Of a stretch of DNA of 50,244 nt, positions 1 through 9,243 are shown in pieces. Source of the DNA: a virus (lineage: Duplodnaviria > Caudoviricetes). The notes under the pieces were generated by a model. It saw only the letters and a list, made by a program, of their open reading frames with translations. It was not told the DNA's origin and ran no database searches. A program made the translations under genes and the position numbers. The stretch is from positions 1-50,244 of the IMG/VR virus record IMGVR_UViG_3300005057_000001; one strand, given 5' to 3'. The first letter of the stretch is position 1. Every line of letters starts with the position of its first letter.

Positions 1-1365
1 GCTGTCTGTACTTTTCTATTGTACGAAAAATTCAAATCTGCAATAGATAAAAGTGAACGCTTCACTAGTGTTTATAAGAATATTTTGTTGCCTGCAACAG
101 AGTTCTTACTTGACGTTGAAAATAATGGAGTCCCGTTCGATTCAGAACGCCTATATAAATCTTCAGACCTTATGCAGGAGGAGATTGACAACGCTGTAAA
201 ATCCTTATACGAATTTACAGAAGTAAAAACTTTTGAAGCAGCACAGGGCAAACCATTTAATCCTAACAGTACTGTCCAACTTAGGTCATTACTATTTGAT
301 TATATTGGACTAAAGCCTACAGGAAAAAAGACAGGGACTGGCGCTGACTCAACTGACGCGGAAGTCTTAACAACTTTAGCAAAAGAACACGAAGTTCCTG
401 CTCTTATTCTTGATATAAGACAAAAGGTAAAAATTAAGTCTACCTACTTAGACAAGATTATACCAGCACTAGACAGAGATGAAAGACTTAGAACGGGGTT
501 TAACCTTCATGGTACAACTTCGGGACGTTTATCATCTAGTGGTAAAATGAATATGCAACAGATACCTCGTGACAATCCTATTGTCAAAGGGTGTATCAAA
601 GCAAAACCTGGCAATAAAATAGTTGCTATGGACTTGACAACAGCAGAGGTATATTGTGCCGCTGTGTTGGCTGACGACAAAGCTCTTATGAAAGTTTTTC
701 AAGACGGGGGTAATTTCCATAGTAATATTGCTAAGTTAGTTTTCAATCTACCATGTGAAGTAGACCAAGTCGCTGAATTTTATTCTACTGAAAGGCAAAT
801 GGCAAAAGCTGTTACCTTTGGAATAATGTACGGCGCAGGTCCGAAAAAGATTAGTGAGCAAGTTTCTAAAGATAGTGGTAAATACTTTAGCACTTCTGAG
901 GCTAAAGAGGTTATCGAAGACTACTTCAAACAGTTTTATAGACTGAAAAAGTGGTTAGATGATTCTAAGACTCTTATCGAGAAACAAGCGTATCTCTATT
1001 CTTTCTTTGGGAGAAAAAGACGATTGCCAAATGTAAAATCAACCGATAAAGCAATTGCTGCTCATGAGGTTCGATCTGGCATCAACGCTCTCGTGCAATC
1101 TGTGGCTTCTGATGTAAATTTACTCGGAGCCATAGACGCACACCGTGAAGTGAAGTCTAAGAAACTCCCAGTAAAAATGTTTGCACTTGTACATGACTCA
1201 ATTTTAGCAGAGGTTCCAGAAAATCTTGTAGATGAGTATTGTGAGATTTTGCAGAGAAATGTACAAAAGGATAGAGGATTATCTATTCCAGGGTGTCCAA
1301 TAGGTTGCGACTTTGATATTGGAGAAGATTACTCCTTTGGTAAGTTTGCAAAAGCATATGAGTAA
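1..1365 (+). CDS. pol: DNA polymerase, family A (T5-like), 5'-truncated
   Basis: Frame open from base 1 (AVCTFLLYEKF...). TTSGRLSS, motif A (MDLTTAEV), motif B (RQMAKAVTFGIMYG), motif C (VHDS). Confidence 0.96.
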   Translation, partial: AVCTFLLYEKFKSAIDKSERFTSVYKNILLPATEFLLDVENNGVPFDSERLYKSSDLMQEEIDNAVKSLYEFTEVKTFEAAQGKPFNPNSTVQLRSLLFDYIGLKPTGKKTGTGADSTDAEVLTTLAKEHEVPALILDIRQKVKIKSTYLDKIIPALDRDERLRTGFNLHGTTSGRLSSSGKMNMQQIPRDNPIVKGCIKAKPGNKIVAMDLTTAEVYCAAVLADDKALMKVFQDGGNFHSNIAKLVFNLPCEVDQVAEFYSTERQMAKAVTFGIMYGAGPKKISEQVSKDSGKYFSTSEAKEVIEDYFKQFYRLKKWLDDSKTLIEKQAYLYSFFGRKRRLPNVKSTDKAIAAHEVRSGINALVQSVASDVNLLGAIDAHREVKSKKLPVKMFALVHDSILAEVPENLVDEYCEILQRNVQKDRGLSIPGCPIGCDFDIGEDYSFGKFAKAYE

Positions 1366-1853
1366 TGAATTTTCAAACCTTACATCTTATACAGTTTCCA
1401 GTGTATGTATTACACAATGACGAAGTAGAAGAACGTGATGGACTTTTATTTTGTGATACACAAATTGTAGATGATAAGAATGTACAAGGAGAAACCCTTG
1501 GTATACGAAGATTAAAAACTCCACATAAAAATTTATATCCTTTGAAGTATATGCTAGACGATTTTCGAAGCATGATTCAACATAGAGGAAATAATTACAT
1601 AGATTCTAGAGGTAGATACTTTCAATATGAAAAAACAAAAACAATACCACTAGACTCTATAGAAATTACAAAAGTAGACCGAAAGGGAACCGCTAGTCTT
1701 ATTTGGCTTAGTAAGGTTCCCTTTCCTTTTACCGTAAAAAGACCACCCGCAACAGAAATGAAGTATGCACAAGTACTAATGGTAAATAATAAGCCAAGTG
1801 TACTATGGTCTTATTCAACAACCAAACAAAAACGAACATGGAGAAAGGTATGA
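1365..1853 (+). CDS. Hypothetical protein (position between pol and D10 as in T5-like phages)
   Basis: 162-aa ORF, TAATG coupling to pol stop; synteny. Confidence 0.75.
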   Translation: MNFQTLHLIQFPVYVLHNDEVEERDGLLFCDTQIVDDKNVQGETLGIRRLKTPHKNLYPLKYMLDDFRSMIQHRGNNYIDSRGRYFQYEKTKTIPLDSIEITKVDRKGTASLIWLSKVPFPFTVKRPPATEMKYAQVLMVNNKPSVLWSYSTTKQKRTWRKV

Positions 1854-2386
1854 TGCACATTATAGATGATTTTTTATCAGTAGATGACTATACGCATCTA
1901 GACTTGCATTTAAAAGAAACAAAATTATGCGAATGGAACTATAAAACATGGGAGTTTGAAGTTAAAAATGAATTCGTGAAAAAAGTACTTAATAAAGCCG
2001 CTGAATATTATGATATGGAAGAGCTAGGTTGGTACGAAGCATGGAATCATACAAATTCTAGACCATTAGAATGGCATTACGACAAGCATGAGAATCTTTT
2101 TGGAACACAAGGAATTCTTGCGTTCCCTATATGTTCTTGTGTGTATTATCCTTCCATGGATCATGAGTTAATAGGAGGCGAGTTAATGTTGCAGAACAAA
2201 ACACAAAATAGGCATGATAGAATTCAACCTATTGCAAATCGTCTTGTATTATTCGACCCTGGGGTGTTACATAGCGTAAATGCTTTCCGTGGAAAAAGGA
2301 CTAGCATTAACATTAACCCATGGCAATATTGGAGGAGTATAAGTGAAGGCAGTATTAAGCAACCGAATCTTCATGGAAGTCGATAA
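1850..2386 (+). CDS. 2OG-Fe(II) oxygenase (prolyl-hydroxylase-like)
   Basis: HYD, GGEL, NRLVLFD, distal H (LHSV) and RxS. Start moved from 1805 to ATG 1850 (ATGA overlap with upstream stop, GGAGAAAGG RBS). Confidence 0.85.
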   Translation: MMHIIDDFLSVDDYTHLDLHLKETKLCEWNYKTWEFEVKNEFVKKVLNKAAEYYDMEELGWYEAWNHTNSRPLEWHYDKHENLFGTQGILAFPICSCVYYPSMDHELIGGELMLQNKTQNRHDRIQPIANRLVLFDPGVLHSVNAFRGKRTSININPWQYWRSISEGSIKQPNLHGSR

Positions 2387-3626
2387 TCGACTACAATCAA
2401 AAATCGATGAAGAACTTACGTATGCAATACCTGCAAGGAATCCGCTCGACCCGCCTTTCATTATAAAGAATATGGGAGTAGTTCGAAGTGGGTTAGTCAC
2501 ATTACCAATCGGAAGAACGGATCTTATCCCAGAGGATTACGAAATTGTAGACAAACGCGTATGCGCACCGATTGACGAGTTGCCATTTGGTTTCGAGTTA
2601 CGTGCTACCCAGTCCGCGGTTTACGACGAAGTTACTGACTCGTGTATAATTAACGCTTGGGTCAGCTGGGGTAAGACATTTACTGCGTTAGCTATCGCAA
2701 ATAAGCTAAGACAGAAAACATTAGTAGTTACACATACTTTAGCGTTAAGAGCGCAGTGGGAAAAAGAAGTAGAAAAAGTATTTGGAATTACGCCCGGGGT
2801 CATAGGCTCTGGAAGGTTTGAAATTGATCAGCCCATTGTTATTGGGAATGTTCAAACACTATATCGTAGAGTAGACGAGATAAAAGACGTTTTTGGAACT
2901 ATTATTCTCGACGAAATGCATCATGTTAGTAGTCCCACTTTTACTCGACTAATAGATGCTAGTAAAGCAAGATATAAAATAGGTTTAACAGGTACAATGG
3001 AAAGAAAAGATGGACGCCATGTTATCTTTCGAGATTACTTTAGTAATACAGTATTTAAACCACCAAAAGAAAACTATCTCGTACCAGTAGTAAATATTCT
3101 AAAGTCAGGGATTAGATTCCCAGATGGACATAAAATTCCATGGGCTTCTAGAATTAACACTATTGCGTATGATTGGGAGTACCAAAATATGATAGGTGTT
3201 TTAGCGGCAGGGTATGCTGCTAAAGGGCACAAAGTACTCGTGGTATCAGATAGAGTGGACTTCTTAAAACAAGTCAGTAGACTCGTAGGAGAAAACTCTA
3301 TCTGTGTTACTGGCGATATCCCTCACGCAGAGAGACCTCCAATAATTAAACAAATTTTTGGAGATAGTGTTGACATTCTTTTTGGGACACAAAGTATCTT
3401 CTCTGAAGGTATTTCACTTGATTGTTTAAGTTGTATTATATTAGCAACTCCAATCAATAATGAACCACTACTAACACAATTAATTGGTAGGGTAATAAGA
3501 AAGAACGAAAACAAGCCACAACCTGTAGTCGTTGATATTCACTTGGAAGGAAAAACAGCTACACGACAAGCAAATGCGAGAATGGGGTATTACATGAAAC
3601 AAGGTTATGAAGTTAAGACCATATAG
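2343..3626 (+). CDS. D10: Superfamily 2 helicase (T5 D10 / UvsW-like)
   Basis: Walker A variant VSWGKT, DEMH, LTGT, FSEGIS, QLIGRVIR; GTG start with GGAGGAG RBS. Confidence 0.92.
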   Translation: MKAVLSNRIFMEVDNRLQSKIDEELTYAIPARNPLDPPFIIKNMGVVRSGLVTLPIGRTDLIPEDYEIVDKRVCAPIDELPFGFELRATQSAVYDEVTDSCIINAWVSWGKTFTALAIANKLRQKTLVVTHTLALRAQWEKEVEKVFGITPGVIGSGRFEIDQPIVIGNVQTLYRRVDEIKDVFGTIILDEMHHVSSPTFTRLIDASKARYKIGLTGTMERKDGRHVIFRDYFSNTVFKPPKENYLVPVVNILKSGIRFPDGHKIPWASRINTIAYDWEYQNMIGVLAAGYAAKGHKVLVVSDRVDFLKQVSRLVGENSICVTGDIPHAERPPIIKQIFGDSVDILFGTQSIFSEGISLDCLSCIILATPINNEPLLTQLIGRVIRKNENKPQPVVVDIHLEGKTATRQANARMGYYMKQGYEVKTI

Positions 3627-3642
3627 CATGGAAAAATACTTC

Positions 3643-3671
3643 TTGACACAAGGTTAAATTTTTGATATAAT
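3643..3671 (+). promoter_or_regulatory. Consensus sigma70 promoter with extended -10
   Basis: TTGACA (3643-3648), 17 bp, TGn-TATAAT (3666-3671); A-rich upstream. Confidence 0.85.
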
Positions 3672-4080
3672 GATATTCTATAATTGGAAAAAGATATTAA
3701 AAGAGAGCAACGGCAAAGTTGGTGACATACTAACTATCCTTGATATCTTAACATATAAAAAGCTTCCAGTAAATAGGAAGGACAGACGATTTCGCTTCTG
3801 GCAGAAAAGCTTTCATGGAGATAGTTTTTTGCTTCAGCCAGAGGCTTTGCTTGTCCAAAGAGCTAGGTATTCTGATAAAGAGATTGCGCAATACGCTGGT
3901 ATTGCTTCCTTGCGCAATTATTTTGATTACCAAAGCAGGAAAAATACCACACTAGATCTCATGCACTATACAGGTAATGAGAACATAATAAACCAAAACA
4001 GATTACTTTGGATAGAAAATGATAGGGTTCATTTCAAATTCGAAGAAATCAAGAATCTTAAGGAGCTAAAATGGCATTAA
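3670..4080 (+). CDS. Hypothetical protein (between D10 and D11)
   Basis: 136-aa ORF filling the gap and overlapping the D11 start; start uncertain (ATG lies in the -10 box). Confidence 0.7.
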   Translation: MIFYNWKKILKESNGKVGDILTILDILTYKKLPVNRKDRRFRFWQKSFHGDSFLLQPEALLVQRARYSDKEIAQYAGIASLRNYFDYQSRKNTTLDLMHYTGNENIINQNRLLWIENDRVHFKFEEIKNLKELKWH

Positions 4081-4700
4081 CATTTAATAAATTAAAGGGC
4101 GAAGCCCAAAAAGGAAAGATCGAATCCTACACTTATGTAGAAGGCGATAACGTAGTCAGAATGGTAGGCGATGTCTGTGCAAGATATGTCTACTGGATTA
4201 AAGGAGAGAACGACAAAAACATTCCGTTTGAGTGTCTCTCATTCGATAGAGAAAAAGAAGCATTTACTAACTTAGAAAAAGACTGGGTAAGAGAATATTA
4301 TCCAGAGCTTAAGTGTGGTTGGTCATATGCTATCCAATGTGTACACGGCGGAAAAGTCAAAGTACTAAATCTCAAGAAAAAATTACTCGAGCAAATCTTA
4401 GTTGCAGCAGAAGACTTAGGTGATCCTGCTGATCCTGAGACTGGTTGGGACGTCCACTTCAAAAGAGTGAAGACTGGCCCAATGGCTTACAATGTTGAGT
4501 ATCAACTACAAGCATTGAAGTGTAAGCCTAGACCACTAGATGAAAAAGAACTGGAATTAGTTGCAGATCTTAAGTCTATGGACGAAGTATTACCAAGGCC
4601 TACTCCAGACGCTCAAAAAGAATTACTTGACAGAATTAGAGCTGGTTCATCCAACTCAGAAACTGATGAGTCTATTGACGAGGAGTTTCAAGTATCATGA
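4071..4700 (+). CDS. D11: ssDNA-binding protein (T5 D11-like)
   Basis: RYVYW, PFECL.FDR, KC.WSY, DLGDP.DP..GWD motifs; acidic C-terminal tail; AAGGAG RBS; synteny. Confidence 0.85.
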   Translation: MALTFNKLKGEAQKGKIESYTYVEGDNVVRMVGDVCARYVYWIKGENDKNIPFECLSFDREKEAFTNLEKDWVREYYPELKCGWSYAIQCVHGGKVKVLNLKKKLLEQILVAAEDLGDPADPETGWDVHFKRVKTGPMAYNVEYQLQALKCKPRPLDEKELELVADLKSMDEVLPRPTPDAQKELLDRIRAGSSNSETDESIDEEFQVS

Positions 4701-5218
4701 TTGGCGTAGGAGAGAAGTTCCCTGCCTTTAACTTGCAGGGTGTAGACAAGGATAATAACATGGTAGTTGTATCTGTTGATGAGAACTATCAACCACTCAA
4801 GCATGACTGGAGTGTAGTTTACTTTTATCCTAAAGATTTCACATTTATTTGCCCTACAGAAATATCAGCTATGGACAAGTTAGTAGCAGAGGCCAATGTT
4901 GTAGGTATCAGTGGTGATAACGAATTTTGTAAATTGGCTTGGAAACAAGACAATGCACTTATTGGTAACATTCAACATACTCTTGCTGCGGACTGCGGTC
5001 TAGAGCTAGGCTATGACTTAGGGATAGTTGACGAGGCAGAAGGCGTGTTTTATAGAGCTACTTACATCTTTGATGCAGATAGAACTATTCATCACGTCTC
5101 CGTCAATGCGCTCGATACGGGCAGGAATGCAGACGAAACATTAAGAACTCTACAAGCTCTAAAAGCTGGTGGACTAACAGGGTGTGATTGGACACCTGGC
5201 GATGATTTCGTAGCATGA
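4697..5218 (+). CDS. ahpC: Peroxiredoxin (AhpC/Prx1, 2-Cys)
   Basis: FYPKDFTFICPTE peroxidatic motif, RATYI, GRN.DE.LR.L.AL, C-terminal Cys in GCDWTPG. Confidence 0.93.
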   Translation: MIGVGEKFPAFNLQGVDKDNNMVVVSVDENYQPLKHDWSVVYFYPKDFTFICPTEISAMDKLVAEANVVGISGDNEFCKLAWKQDNALIGNIQHTLAADCGLELGYDLGIVDEAEGVFYRATYIFDADRTIHHVSVNALDTGRNADETLRTLQALKAGGLTGCDWTPGDDFVA

Positions 5219-6204
5219 AGATATTATTCACAGCAGACTGGCATATTAAGCTAGGACAAAAGAACGTGCCCACATCTTGGGCATGTTCTCGCTATGAGTT
5301 ATTCTATCAACAAATAAAAGAGATAGAAGAAAAAGGTGAGGTCGAGCTTCATATTGTAGGAGGAGATTTATTTGATAGAACTCCATCTATGGATGAGCTC
5401 ACCCTCTACTTTGACTTTGTAAAAAATTGTTCTATTCCTACTATTATCTTTGATGGCAACCATGAAGCTACTAGAAAGAACAAAACATTTTTTACAAATT
5501 TAAAAAGAGTAACCAACGAACTCAACCCTCTAGTAAAAGTAATTGATGAAACTTACGTGGACGGTGAGTGGGCAATTCTTCCCTATGCAGACTTGCATAA
5601 AAAGAATAGTATAGAAGATATACCAGAAAGCACAAGATACCTATTTACTCATGTAAGAGGAGAGATTCCTCCACACGTGACACCTGAGGTAGACTTGACT
5701 AGATTTGATAGATTTGAAATAGTTTTTGCAGGAGATTTACATGCTCACGAGAATACTCAACGAAATATTGTATATCCTGGCAGTCCTATGACAACATCTT
5801 TTCATAGAAATGAAGTCAAAACTGGTTATCTTATAATCGATACCGAAGCAGGCAGTAGAGCCGATTGGTACGCTTGGGAGTGGACTTGGCATGAGTTTGA
5901 CCTTCCTCAACTTATTCGTAAAACAGTCACAAGTGCTGATGAGATGGTGCCTACAGAATGGCATCATACTATTTATGAAGTAGAGGGAGATGTTTCGGAC
6001 TTGAGCGGGGTCAAAAATTCAGAACTACTAGATAAGAAAGTAATAAAACGAAAGACTGAAGCCACTCTCATTTTAGGAAAAGATATGACAATTGAAGAAG
6101 AGTTGGGAGAGTACCTTTCCTACATTCTTGAATTAGATGAAAAGAAAGTTAAAAAAATTATAGGAGTATTCAGTGATAACGCTAGAGAAGCTAACTTGGA
6201 GTAA
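5215..6204 (+). CDS. D12: Recombination nuclease, Mre11/SbcD-like (T5 D12)
   Basis: Metallophosphoesterase motifs ADWH, GGDLFD, GNHE, THV, GDLH, YPGSP. Confidence 0.93.
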   Translation: MKILFTADWHIKLGQKNVPTSWACSRYELFYQQIKEIEEKGEVELHIVGGDLFDRTPSMDELTLYFDFVKNCSIPTIIFDGNHEATRKNKTFFTNLKRVTNELNPLVKVIDETYVDGEWAILPYADLHKKNSIEDIPESTRYLFTHVRGEIPPHVTPEVDLTRFDRFEIVFAGDLHAHENTQRNIVYPGSPMTTSFHRNEVKTGYLIIDTEAGSRADWYAWEWTWHEFDLPQLIRKTVTSADEMVPTEWHHTIYEVEGDVSDLSGVKNSELLDKKVIKRKTEATLILGKDMTIEEELGEYLSYILELDEKKVKKIIGVFSDNAREANLE

Positions 6205-7987
6205 TTGTTTCAGCTACGGCTCAGACAATGTAATTGATTTACAAGACAACACACTTACACAACTTGTCGGCACAAATGGTGCTGGTAAGTCTTCTATACC
6301 TCTAATTTTAGAGGAAGTTCTTTTCAATAAAAATTCCAAAGGTATACGAAAAGCTGACATATCTAATAGACTTGTTGACAACGGTTATGATATCACTCTT
6401 GATTTCTCAGTAGGAGAAGATCAGTATAAACTTGATGTAGTGCGTAGAGCAAATATCAAAGTAAAATTACTGAAAAATGGAGAAGATATTTCTAGCCATA
6501 CAGCGACAAATACTTATAAAACAGTTGAAGAAATAATTGGAATTGATTTCAAAACATTTTCTCAGATTGTATACCAAAACACTAACGCAAGTTTACAGTT
6601 CTTAACTGCCACAGACACAAACCGTAAAAAGTTTTTGATTGATTTGTTGCAGCTTAATAAATATGTAGCTTATTTCGAAGTATTTAGAGAGCTTTCTAGA
6701 AATATTGGAGTAGATGTTTCCCGAGTGCAAGGTAGAATTGCGACTATTGAAAAATGGTTAAAAGACAATAAATTGGAAGATACATCACTACTATCGAAAG
6801 TGGATTTACCATTTTTATCGGAAAGTGACGAAAAGAATTTACGTTCTTTACAAATAGAATTTGAAAATATCTCGGAAAAAATTAAAAAAATTAACCAAAA
6901 CAATTTTTACATCGAGCAGCTTGAATCCATTGATATCAATAAGATTCGTGACGTTTTAGATTTAACTGACTTAGTTGATACCAGTAAGATGATTGAAAGT
7001 ATCGGCGCTTGGAACTCAGAGCTGAAACATGAAAATAAAATGAGGGATAAGTATGAATCCCTGCGTAATAGTGAAAATATGGAATGTCCTACATGCTCAC
7101 AAGATATTGACATTGCTTTTGTAAATAATATGTATAGCGAGCATGTTGAAAGAGCAGAAAACTGTAGTGAGGAAGTAAGAAAACTATCCGAAAAACTTCA
7201 AGCAGCAGAAGATAATAATGAAGCATATAACTATGCTAAAAAACAATCAGATGAATGGGAAAGTCTTTACAGAAGTATTGACCAAAGTTTACCAAAGACC
7301 ATTCCTGACTCAGACTTTTTACAAGAGTCTATTAGAGAACTAAAAAATAGAGTAAACAAACAAAAAGACGAATTGCAAAAAGCTATTGATAAAAACAACG
7401 AAGTTGAAAGACACAATACCAGAATTGGTATCATAGTAGAACAAGAAAATCAGTTTCAAAGTCAGTTGCTTAACTTAATAGATGACTTGCAAGAAATTGA
7501 AGATAAGATGAGTAGTGTAGAAATACTAAAGAAAGCTTTCAGTACAAACGGCTTACTCGCTTATAAAATTGAGAATCTTGTAAAAGATTTAGAAGAACTA
7601 ACAAATGAGTACCTAGCTGAACTATCTGATGGTAGATTTAGCTTGGAGTTTGTAGTGTTAAATGATAAATTGAATGTAAACATAGAAGACAACGGAAACT
7701 CTGTAGATATATTATCTCTGAGTGCTGGAGAACTCGCAAGAGTAAACACGGCTACTCTACTTGCGATACGTAAGTTAATGAGTAGTATTTCCAAGTCTCA
7801 AATCAACATTCTATTTTTAGACGAGGTAACTAACGTACTAGATGAACTAGGAAAAGAAAGACTCGTTGAAATATTATTAAGAGAGGAAAATTTGAACACA
7901 TACATAGTATCCCATGGGTGGACACACCCATTGTTAGGGAAGATTGAAGTAATTAAAGAAAACGAAATGAGTAGACTTGATGGTTAA
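6173..7987 (+). CDS. D13: Recombination ATPase, Rad50/SbcC-like (T5 D13)
   Basis: Walker A GTNGAGKS, coiled coil with CPTC zinc hook, LSAGE signature, ILFLDE Walker B, VSH. Confidence 0.94.
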   Translation: MITLEKLTWSNCFSYGSDNVIDLQDNTLTQLVGTNGAGKSSIPLILEEVLFNKNSKGIRKADISNRLVDNGYDITLDFSVGEDQYKLDVVRRANIKVKLLKNGEDISSHTATNTYKTVEEIIGIDFKTFSQIVYQNTNASLQFLTATDTNRKKFLIDLLQLNKYVAYFEVFRELSRNIGVDVSRVQGRIATIEKWLKDNKLEDTSLLSKVDLPFLSESDEKNLRSLQIEFENISEKIKKINQNNFYIEQLESIDINKIRDVLDLTDLVDTSKMIESIGAWNSELKHENKMRDKYESLRNSENMECPTCSQDIDIAFVNNMYSEHVERAENCSEEVRKLSEKLQAAEDNNEAYNYAKKQSDEWESLYRSIDQSLPKTIPDSDFLQESIRELKNRVNKQKDELQKAIDKNNEVERHNTRIGIIVEQENQFQSQLLNLIDDLQEIEDKMSSVEILKKAFSTNGLLAYKIENLVKDLEELTNEYLAELSDGRFSLEFVVLNDKLNVNIEDNGNSVDILSLSAGELARVNTATLLAIRKLMSSISKSQINILFLDEVTNVLDELGKERLVEILLREENLNTYIVSHGWTHPLLGKIEVIKENEMSRLDG

Positions 7988-8471
7988 TTCAAGACAAAAA
8001 GGAAATAGAGGTGAGCAACAAGTTATGTCTATGTTAGGTAGACTGACTGAAGAAAAGTGGGAACAGACTCCCGGCTCAGGAAGTGGTAAAGTAAAAGGAG
8101 ACTTGAGAGTACCCGACAAACATAATTTATTTTGTATTGAAGTAAAGTTCTACAAAGATAGTGGTTTTAACTCCAAAATATACACATCTAAAACAAACAA
8201 CTTGTATAGATGGTGGAGTAAGTTGTGTAAACAATCACAACAAATGGAACAAGAACCACTCCTTATTTTTAGAGAGAATTATGGTAAGTTTTTCGCAGTA
8301 ACAGTAAGGGAACCAAAAAACACGTTAAAATATATGCATATTGCCTGGCTGGGTGCTTATGTTTTATTAGCAGAACACTGGCTAGAAAATGAGGAGATAA
8401 AATTTACAAATGGCGACTACACTTGCGAACCTTGGAGCCCCAGCTCCGATTGGGAACTTGCTGATAGTTGA
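7977..8471 (+). CDS. D14: PD-(D/E)xK endonuclease / Holliday-junction resolvase-like (T5 D14)
   Basis: SRQKG.RGE, PGSG, KGD, IEVK motifs; between D13 and D15. Confidence 0.85.
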   Translation: MMVNSRQKGNRGEQQVMSMLGRLTEEKWEQTPGSGSGKVKGDLRVPDKHNLFCIEVKFYKDSGFNSKIYTSKTNNLYRWWSKLCKQSQQMEQEPLLIFRENYGKFFAVTVREPKNTLKYMHIAWLGAYVLLAEHWLENEEIKFTNGDYTCEPWSPSSDWELADS

Positions 8472-9243
8472 TGGTCTAAACGTAGCATTTAGGTGGAAAC
8501 ATCAAGGAGTCACAGACTTCAAATATGATTACATTAGAACTATCGAAAGTCTAGCAAAGTCTTACAATGCAGGCACAATTATTATTTGTGCTGATGGTGG
8601 CAGTACTTGGAGAAAAGAAATTTACCCTGAGTATAAGGCTAACAGAAAAGAAAGATATGCAGAACAAACTGCACAAGAAGAAAAAGAATTTGAAATGTTT
8701 ATGGCAGAGTTTGCTAATACTTTGACTTTGCTCAAAGAAAAGCACCCTGTATTTCATTTCAAAGGTGTGGAGGCTGATGACATCGCGGCTTTTATCACAC
8801 ACAATATAGAATTTGATGAGTGCTGGTTAATATCTTCGGATAAAGACTGGGACTTACTTATTAACGATAAAGTTTCTAGATTTAGTACTGTAACTCGTAA
8901 AGAGACTACAGTTCATAACTGGGACGAACACTATGACTTTGAGATTGAAGATTACATCACTTTCAAATGTCTGACTGGCGATAAAGGAGACAATGTACCA
9001 GGAATACCTGGAGTTGGTCCGAAACGTGCAGTACAATTAATGGAACAATACGGAACAGTCTTTGATATTTATGACGCATGTCCTCTAGAAGGAAAATATA
9101 AGTATATACAAGCGGTCAATGAAAATGCAGAACAACTTCTGACAAACGTTGAGCTTATGGATTTAAATACTTATTCTGAGGATGCTATAGGAGAAGACAA
9201 CGGTAAAGTTATAAAAAGAACTTTAGAAGGAATTTTACAATGA
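8410..9243 (+). CDS. D15: Flap endonuclease / 5'-3' exonuclease (T5 D15)
   Basis: IVDG.N, YKANR, EADD, SSDKD, GDKGDNVPGIPGVGPK helix-hairpin-helix. Confidence 0.95.
   Translation: MATTLANLGAPAPIGNLLIVDGLNVAFRWKHQGVTDFKYDYIRTIESLAKSYNAGTIIICADGGSTWRKEIYPEYKANRKERYAEQTAQEEKEFEMFMAEFANTLTLLKEKHPVFHFKGVEADDIAAFITHNIEFDECWLISSDKDWDLLINDKVSRFSTVTRKETTVHNWDEHYDFEIEDYITFKCLTGDKGDNVPGIPGVGPKRAVQLMEQYGTVFDIYDACPLEGKYKYIQAVNENAEQLLTNVELMDLNTYSEDAIGEDNGKVIKRTLEGILQ

Noticed and set aside
790-840. Unusual PolA motif B residue (position 762 equivalent)
   Set aside because: KAVTFG has the ordinary Phe.
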